Program-made: the position numbers and the translations under genes | Assembly: GCA_012295275.1 (NCBI GenBank) | Contig: CM022673.1 | Span: 30,070,001-30,134,000 of the forward strand | DNA length: 64,000 nucleotides | From: Chrysomallon squamiferum | Taxonomy: Eukaryota; Animalia; Mollusca | Reading direction: 5' to 3' | The notes under the pieces: model-generated | The model's database searches: none | The model's input: the letters and a program-made list of their open reading frames with translations, nothing else | Told to the model about the DNA's origin: nothing | In this document: piece after piece, positions 55,076-64,000 of the stretch | How positions within the stretch are numbered: the first letter of the stretch is position 1 | How the letters are laid out: the number at the start of each line of letters is the position of its first letter

Positions 55076-56265
55076 CAACTGTTACTTCTACTGCTGCTGC
55101 TACTACTACTACTAGCTGTTAACGTAGATAATGAAAACATTTATTGAAAGTTCCAAGATACGGAAAAATCGAATCAAACAACAACCATTTCGTTTTACGA
55201 AATACTATCGAAGCTGACGAAGTAGCACTAGTCTGTCAGACAAAAATATATTTTTAAATTTTAAATGGCTAGATAATGAGCTATATAATATATTATATAA
55301 CGTTTGGTCATATTTGAGTTGCAATAAACTGTGTGGTTGTATATAAATCTGAAAAACGTAAAAAATTATGATTATTGAAACCATTGCGTCGGGATCTTCT
55401 TGTCAATGAGAATTAATATGAATATATGAAAAAAACATCTATCAGCAACGGCAGATATATATAACACATTGAATGCATTCTATGCAAAAGCAAACATACT
55501 ATGCCATTAAGGAAACCAGTTCATCATAACTGAAATTGATATATAATCAATGTATATAGGCTGTAGTGTCTATAATACTCTGTATCGATCATAAGTCATT
55601 AAAATCTTTCAGATGCCTGACATAGTATTTTGTATGTGTATTTACCCATTATAATATCTGTAGAAGCAAGCGGCGACTCCAAATTATGTTCGTGTGCATA
55701 TGTATGTACATACGTACAGATTTCTCTTATTCTCTCTCTCTGTCTTTGTGTGTGTGTCTGTGTGTATTTATGTATGTATATGTATTTGCATACAACGTTA
55801 TATGACGAGTTGAGAACTGTGGATATTTTCCATGAAAGTAACGAATAGAAAATCTGGAATGATAACAGAAAAAAGAAAAAAAAAACATATATACATACAT
55901 ACATATACAGATATATATTCGTTTTATGTTGATATTGATTGTTCGTCATTTATCTATCATTCAGTGTCAGAGACTGTCAGTTTCTGTTTTTATTTTCTAT
56001 AAATCACAGATATTAAGACAGTAATACTCTTATTTCACTTCTCGAATTCAGTTTTCTGGCCTTCTTCAATTGTTTCTATTAATATACATCTCATAAACGG
56101 TTAAATGTTAAGAAGCTAAGGACAGAGGTATCATTCCGTTTGCTCTGGAATAAAGAATGATGAGGTTAGTCACGAGGAGGACTTCTATGCAAATATATGC
56201 GCATTTAAATAGGAAAATGTAGCGTGTAACATATTATGAAGTCTAGCACAATCAGTGAGCCATTT

Positions 56266-56269
<4 letters not shown>

Positions 56270-56350
<81 letters not shown>
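56270..56350. repeat. (CT)n microsatellite
   Basis: Direct reading. Confidence 0.97.
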
Positions 56351-56355
<5 letters not shown>

Positions 56356-58031
56356 CACAAATTATTACCACACTTAATGATTTTATCTATCAATTAGGAA
56401 TAATTATCTATCAATTAGGAATAATTATCTGCGTTACACCGTAATTTTGCACTTGGATGGAAACTTATGTAGGGTTTCGAACCCATCACAAACTAAATTC
56501 AAATCCAATCGCTCTCCTTACAGTTAGAATAGATCTTGACCAGTTTATTAAATAAATATTAACCTATACAATCGATTAGATTGAAGCAATATTTTCGACG
56601 CCCTATAGGAAGTAACGAGTCTCTAAATAATATCTCTCATTCTTGGCACAGAGATCTAAGTAAAACTACTTCTTGGTTTTAAAAACTGAACTATCAGAGC
56701 ATTTGGAATGTCTCTGATGGATCCATTACGTCTGCTCGGAGAAGTCAATATTTGCCTTCAGACGCTGCTTAGCTGATGTGTTTTCCACGCAAGCAAATGT
56801 TTGAAAAAAGCGCACGACACGGGAATCTCGGACATTTCAGTGATTAAAGTCTGATGTCAAGACTTTGCAGCGCGGCCAGAGAACGGAAATCTAGTTAGCT
56901 CGAACAATGGCAGTTCACTTAAGATTCACTTAAGCCCGCGTAACAGAAACGGCAGAAATATGAGCAAATATTGTCGACAAGCGTATGAATCAATGTCTCA
57001 CAATTATCGTTTCTGTGCTTACATGTTAGTTAGCTTGCCATTATTTAAACACTTTAAACAAAATGAATGATCCATGCTGTGGATGATGATATGGTTTCGT
57101 CCCATTCTGTCAAAACCCATCTTGTCGAATCCTATTCTGCCGAAATGATAACATTCTGATCCTCCCTCTAAACTATTTAACCCTCCTTTGTTTATCCAGT
57201 GTTGGCTTATTCTTTGGAACTTAACCCCAACAAACAATCGTCTGTACACATTAATAGAAAGTAGTGAGAAATGAACTTTTTAAAAATCACATAGCCTTTA
57301 TTTGTCGTTCAAAACATATATATAATTAAATGAACTTCCCTAATTCTTATTAATAGCAATTTGATACTGATGTACTTAACCCCCATAAAAAAAAACCAAT
57401 AACAGTAACAAAAAAATAAATAAATAATAAAATAAATTAAATAAAAATAAATAGATAGCTAAACAAAAAAAAAAAAAAAAAAAAAAGAAAAAAGGTTCAA
57501 CAACAACAACAAAAAAAAAACACCTCCATCCCATCCTGAACGTTGAAATATCAGGTATCCGTAATCATTAAAAAATATGTTAGTTCTGATTATGTCATTG
57601 ATCATTACTGTTGCAAATGGCCTCTCTGCTCAGATATAGCAATCCATACCTCAATCCGCATACATCACAACATCCACTGAAAAAACATAATAAAACCAAA
57701 ATTCAAAATTTAGAGCCTGATCATACCAATTAGAGATCAATGGTTTGTTCGCTCCCGCAACATTTCACGTCTATTATTTCTCAGAGAATACTGGAAAAGC
57801 ACACAAATTTAATATTGAATAATAGCAGAATTAGCAGAAAGACCGAAATATATTTTAAAAAACCCCAAATATAATTAATCACCTAGGAAACCAGAATTAT
57901 AACAAAATTATAATAATAAAAAGAAAACTTCCCTCAAAACATCAAAAAAAAAAAAAAAAAAAGAAGAAATAATAAAAAAAGAATAGTGCAACAAATAAAA
58001 GAAGCAGCCCACGAAGTGGAATAAATAACAC

Positions 58032-58906
58032 ACAAACCTAGCTGTTGTCTGACTTAGAGACAAACCTAGCTGTTATCTGACTTAGAGACAAATCTAGCTG
58101 TTGTCTGACTTAGAGACAAACCTAGCTGTTATCTGACTTAGAGACAAACCTAGCTGTTGTCTGACTTAGAGACAAACCTAGCTGTTATCTGACTTAGAGA
58201 CAAACCTAGCTGTTGTCTGACTTAGAGACAAACCTAGCTGTTGTCTGACTTAGAGACAAACCTAGCTGTTGTCTGACTTAGAGACAAATCTAGCTGTTGT
58301 CTGACTTAGAGACAAACCTAGCTGTTGTCTGACTTAGAGACAAACCTAGCTGTTGTCTGACTTAGAGACAAACCTAGCTGTTGTCTGACTTAGAGACAAA
58401 CCTAGCTGTTCTCTGACTTAGAGACAAACCTAGCTGTTGTCTGACTTAGAGACAAACCTAGCTGTTGTCTGACTTAGACACAAACCTAGCTGTTGTCTGA
58501 CTTAGAGACAAATCTAGCTGTTGTCTGACTTAGACACAAACCTAGCTGTTGTCTGACTTAGACACAAACCTAGCTGTTGTCTGACTTAGACACAAACCTA
58601 GCTGTTGTCTGACTTAGACACAAACCTAGCTGTTGTCTGACTTAGAGACAAACCTAGCTGTTGTCTGACTTAAAGACAAACCTAGCTGTTGTCTGACTTA
58701 GACACAAACCTAGCTGTTGTCTGACTTAGACACAAACCTAGCTGTTGTCTGACTTATACTCAAACCTAGCTGTTGTCTGACTTAGAGACAAACCTAGCTG
58801 TTGTCTGACTTAGACACAAATCTAGCTGTTGTCTGACTTAGACACAAACCTAGCTGTTGTCTGACTTAGACACAAACCTAGCTGTTGTCTGATTTAGAGA
58901 CAAACC
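58032..58906. repeat. 28-bp minisatellite, 31 copies
   Basis: Unit ACAAACCTAGCTGTTGTCTGACTTAGAG. First and last CAAACC are at 58033 and 58901, which is 31 x 28 bp. Confidence 0.97.
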
Positions 58907-59404
58907 AGTTTGACCTAGCTGACTTCTTTGTAGAAAGACCACTTCTAACATGCGAAGTAATCTAACAAAAACACTTACTTCTTTCTTTTTTTAAACTTAA
59001 TTAATTATCATCCAGAATCTAAAGAGAAGTAAAATCCAATTACTTAAATATGACTTTGTGTTGTACCTTTGAAAATTCTCACATAGACGTTTAATTAAAT
59101 TAGATAAGACAGATCTGTCCCAAAGCCTACGATGCTAACAACTGGTGTTACATCAAAGCTGTTTATTTGATCACTTCTATCACAAAGGTCGTCCCGCTCT
59201 CTGGGTTTTTACTTTAGGTCAGCAGACACCATAGTCGTCTAGAAGTCAGCGGAACATGTGAAGAAAGACCGCAGAACACGGGCAATCAATACAGCAGTGT
59301 TGCAGGTTGTTGCTTGAAACGGATTTAATTTGTCTCAGTTTGTTTGATTTGTGTAATAATGAGAAGTCGAAAAATTCCAATCAAGTGTGGCAATCTTGAG
59401 AACT

Positions 59405-59516
59405 AATCGCCTGGGCACGTGCGGAAGTGGCGGGATGGAGGGAGACGAGCAAAGTTTCTAGAAAGCAGAATGTTATTCTATGGACAGAAGTACTGTTCTG
59501 ACGCCTCACCGGAAAC
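59405..59516. promoter_or_regulatory. GC-rich motif cluster (E-box, ETS, E2F-like)
   Basis: CACGTG at 59416-59421, CGGAAGTG at 59422-59429 and TGGCGGGA at 59428-59435 abut in an otherwise AT-rich background. Confidence 0.3.
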
Positions 59517-61039
59517 AAATAAAAAATAAGAAAAAAAAGAGAACCTAAAACATAAACAAACAAAAACCCCAAACAACAACTCCCCAGCTGAAAAAAAAAT
59601 TAAAAAAATAAATAAATAAAATCAGGTGCAAAAAAAAAAAGAAACAGGAAATGAAACGATACGACCCCCCATGAAACCAACGAAAAACAAATATACCCCA
59701 TCACAAAACAACAACAAGAAACAAACAAAAAAACACAACTACAACCCAATAATAATAAAGAAAAAACAACAACAAAAAAGCGCTTCCCACCTGCCAACTC
59801 GCTGTTATTCATAGTGGAATAAGAAAAATCCATTCAATGATAAAATTGGAATAAGAACAGCTGATGAAACTGGTAATAGAGACGGCTGACAGAAATAAGA
59901 ACAAGTGGTGAAAACGATAACAGGGGCAGTAGACAGAAATTTAAATAAGAAAAGCTGATGAAAAGGACAACATAAATGGTGGATGGAGTAGGAACAGCTG
60001 ATAGAAATCTTAATATAAATGATGAAGATGTAAATAAGGAACGGTTGATGAAACTTATAAATAGTTACTGTTGTTAACCGTAGAAAGGCATCTATAAAAT
60101 ATCGTATTACATTTATTTATTTGTTTATTTTAAATATTTATTATAATATCACTCATACAATTCGAACTTTAGTTTGTTTTTTCTGGTCGTGCTGCATAGA
60201 ACATTGCTGTATTTTGATCATCACGATAAGCTAATTAAAAATAAAAAATCTGCGAAATTTTATTTTACTAGTCAGTTAAGTTAGTGGATTATTGAGTTGA
60301 ATCCATAATTCTTAATATACATAAAAATAACTAATACCATAACTTGGTTATGTTAATTGTGATACTTTGTTTGCTAAAGGCCAAACAACGAATTCAAATC
60401 TAATGTAATGAATCAGTACAAGTTTCTAATTAGACATAATTAATTCTTAGTGTCTTGATGATTACATTTAAAATCTTTCCCAGAAATCTTTAATGTTTTT
60501 TAATGCACCATCTGCAGAAAGAAAATATTTTTGTCGGTATATCATTGTTTTCTCCGTGCATCTGAATTCGACAAATCTTCTTTCAGCTACTCGCTCTTCT
60601 TGGAAGTACAATTTAGAAAAAAGAGGAGATACATCTTTATGGCACCTATATGATTCAGTTCAGTCTTAACTCTGTCATTAATCAACTTTTTTTTTTTTTT
60701 TTAATTTATCCGATGACTCGGGTCGATAGAGATCATAGAAAAGTCAAAAGGTCACCAGTAATTAAAAGATATTTTCAAGTAGAAAATAGAGACTCCTCTG
60801 TGTATGAGGCCTGTCTGATGTTGCATGAACTTGGCAGTGTATTCAAAGAATAGAAACTAAAATGTTTTGTGATGTGTTTGGGGCTATGGCGGTACTATAT
60901 ATATATATATAACAAATTGCCTCATTCTGCAACAAACATAATATTTAAATAAACCACGATTCTTTTAAAAATGCTTTTAAAATAGACTTTTTGGATAATA
61001 TTGTTTTTTGTGTTTGCTCTTAATATTTTAATAGACTGA

Positions 61040-61046
<7 letters not shown>

Positions 61047-61133
<87 letters not shown>
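61047..61133. repeat. (GA)n microsatellite
   Basis: Direct reading. Confidence 0.97.
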
Positions 61134-61134
<1 letters not shown>

Positions 61135-63005
61135 GCAAATTGAAAGTGAGACTTAGACGTTTCTCATTGAATTATTAATAATTATGAACTGGGTACAAAA
61201 TGACTCAATCTGAAATGTAACATACACGAAACGAACGGCAAATTAAACTGAAGAAAACTAAATCGTACTACACTTAACATTTGTTGAACTCCTCTCACTG
61301 ACATTTTGTTTCTTACACAGGAACCTCTCTTTAATATAAACAGGAAACATTTCATGCGTATAGTGTTTCAACCTGATTAGTCCATTCAACATCTGTCACA
61401 GGTGAGAGGTATCGTCTTCATCAATTCACCAATATTTACTGTCAGTGAACTTGTTTGAACCTGAAACATGATACATTTATTAGTATATTTCCAAATTTAA
61501 ACAATTTTCAAGTCTTTGTACTTGATCCTGTGTAACTGGAGATATAATATATTACTATTATTTGTTGTTTATTTAAAATAAAAAAATTATTAGCACAAAA
61601 GACTAATACAATCATAAATAAGTGGCTATGGATAAAACAAAGATAATAAATTCTGATACACTACCTTCTGCACACAATTATATTAGAGTGTACTCCCTTC
61701 TCCTGTATCAGACTTGTCTTAACGTTCTTTCACCAAGCAACAATGCGCTGGCGATCAGTCATTATAATGAATCAATATGAAGAGTCATCTTATCTCTTAT
61801 TCGATTCATTAGATAATAATAGTTTTAACATGAAAACCGTTAAAATTAAAAAAAAAAATTGTTGATATATCTTTGAAGCATCAAAGTAAATCATAAGTAG
61901 GTTAAGTCTAATTTGTTTTTTCAGAATAAAGGAGGATTATATCTAATATTATTTTTTTTCTTAATATTTAGTTTTATAGTTCTAGTTATTAGTTGTTTAA
62001 AATCTGACTTATAAGTGTCAATTACAGTTACATTCGTCAATTAGTTACAAATTTCGGATACATTCCAATTTCAGTAATTATTAGAAGTAAATAAAAAGGT
62101 AGTAAACATATGTGTTACGATGTGTGTAAATGGTTAAAATAAATCTGCCTTTCCTAATTTATGAAGATCTTTGCTAAATATTTAAACATTTATATATTTT
62201 CTTAGTCTTAAATATTTATATATTTCCTTGAAAATTTCAAATTCCGAATGATTAATCGGCTTGAAGACATTTTGCTCTCTAAATTTTAAAATAGGAAATT
62301 GCTAAGCCCGAGGACAAAGAACTTTATTCCATTTCTGATAATAGTATTTATTTATTTATCTAGAGAAATTACTGTTTCTATAGCTTTCGGCTGTTTGATA
62401 CATTCAAAATATTCAAAACTGCAGTCCATCAATTAAAATAAATAAATAAATAAATAAGAAATAAAAACAACAACAACAAAAAATTACACTAAAACAAAAT
62501 AAAACACAAGAAGCTAAAAAAAAACAAACAATAACAGCAAAACAATTGCAGTAGTAATAAATTTGAAGAATATACTTGTTAGATAATAAATAACGATTAT
62601 TATGCTACGTTTTAAATCTTGATTCTTACTCAAAAATACTAAGCATGTTAGATACCAAGTTCTGTCCTCCTTAACTATTAAACCCACATACACTGAAACA
62701 GGTAGCTGTGGTTTCATTTTTAGCAGAAGACAACGTAGGCAGCGCTTGTCATAGACTTTAGCGGTTATCCAACAAAGTGGCCGTAGCGGGTTTCCTCTCA
62801 GATCTTTGGTGTACAAGAAATGTGTAAAAATTGTGATTATTAAAATGCATTAAATTGTTTTTTAACATAATATATACACATAAATACAAAGAAACATAAA
62901 CACTTACACACATACACAAGTACAAACATCCAAAAATACAGATATATACAAATACACTCACACATATACATACACATACATGCACGCATTCATACATATC
63001 TCCAC

Positions 63006-63009
<4 letters not shown>

Positions 63010-63062
<53 letters not shown>
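63010..63062. repeat. (CA)n microsatellite
   Basis: Direct reading. Confidence 0.95.
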
Positions 63063-63064
<2 letters not shown>

Positions 63065-64000
63065 CCATATATATAAATGTATGAAAAAAGAGAGAACACA
63101 GAGAACGGTGAACACGTTGATAAAAACAGAGAAATTCAACACAGTTATCGACAGAGAATTATTTGAGGCTACTGGGAGACTTGTTAACATTATGATAGAT
63201 TCCTGAACGTGTTCCAAAATAAATAAAAAATGTTCCTACCTTTGACTGTTTATCATATACCATCTTAACTTTTATAGATATTACGTCGATAACTTTAGCA
63301 AAACATTTTTTTTTCTTTTTTTTAGCTTTTTCTTTTATGTAGTAAATCTCAGAATATTTTTACCGTCAAACTGTCGATATCTTCATAATAAGAACACATC
63401 CTGTAAACTTTATATAATTAATATTCATTATGTCGATAGTAATATATGTTTCCTGTACTATAATATAGTTTGAACGATTTTTATATGTGAAGATACTAAT
63501 ATCTTATGTATAGCTACCATATAATATGCAGTTTGTGACTGTATATTTGTTTAACCAGCGTTCTTCAGACCAGCCATTGTCAACTTTTTGTTGGGGCAAC
63601 ACGGTCGTTTAAAAGCTCTTCTGTTTCCATGGCCTCAAGCATACAACACAAACATACAGAAATAGAAATCTCCTCACGTTTTACAGTCTGTGGCCCCGTT
63701 CAAATTTGCCATAATTATAGTAATATTATTGTCTCCTTTGAGAATAGTTTCTTTCGATAGGTACATGATCAATTTTTGTTAGTTACAGCCCACTACACTT
63801 CCCCAATTTATCGTGAACAATGTTATGTTCTGTTTTGTTTTTGCGCATTGTAAAGCAGAAACATATAACCTATACATTCTGTAAGTTTATAAAACATTTC
63901 TTCATGTTCTTGTTTCATAAATGGTGATTTAAATTTAATTTTATTGTATGTTTTCATGTTTATATACCTTTTATCTGTCACGTTATTTTCTCATGTTATT

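Noticed and set aside
56385-56430. 21-bp tandem duplication TATCTATCAATTAGGAATAAT
   Set aside because: Simple two-copy slippage duplication with no inserted element between the copies.
61321-61400. 80-nt exon candidate (acacAG ... CAG|GTGAGA)
   Set aside because: Stops in all three frames. It could only be non-coding and there is no further support.

Overview
This is eukaryotic animal genomic DNA: very AT-rich, dense in microsatellites, and with no operons or long real ORFs. The texture resembles a large invertebrate genome such as a mollusc, which is an impression only. Nearly all supplied long ORFs are translations of simple repeats. The window reads as intronic or intergenic sequence around a probable + strand gene. 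That gene has one convincing ATG-initiated first coding exon (22632-22716) behind a promoter-like region, and two candidate microexons (5 nt at 3106-3110, 8 nt at 23405-23412). Mobile DNA includes two relics of one Tigger/pogo transposon family (16734-17155, 40529-41279), the second nested between the arms of an older inverted-repeat element, plus a ~645-bp foldback element (54431-55075), a ~500-bp dispersed direct repeat (20361-20865 and 49965-50420) and a tRNA-like SINE head. Tandem repeats include arrays with 8, 27, 28, 31, ~38 and 45 bp units, and an odd 42-bp-period array of conserved 26-bp cores with unique 16-bp spacers (419-570). No CRISPR-Cas, rRNA or intact tRNA is supported. I cannot demonstrate a new biological system from the sequence; the best leads are the microexons, the core/spacer array and the nested elements.
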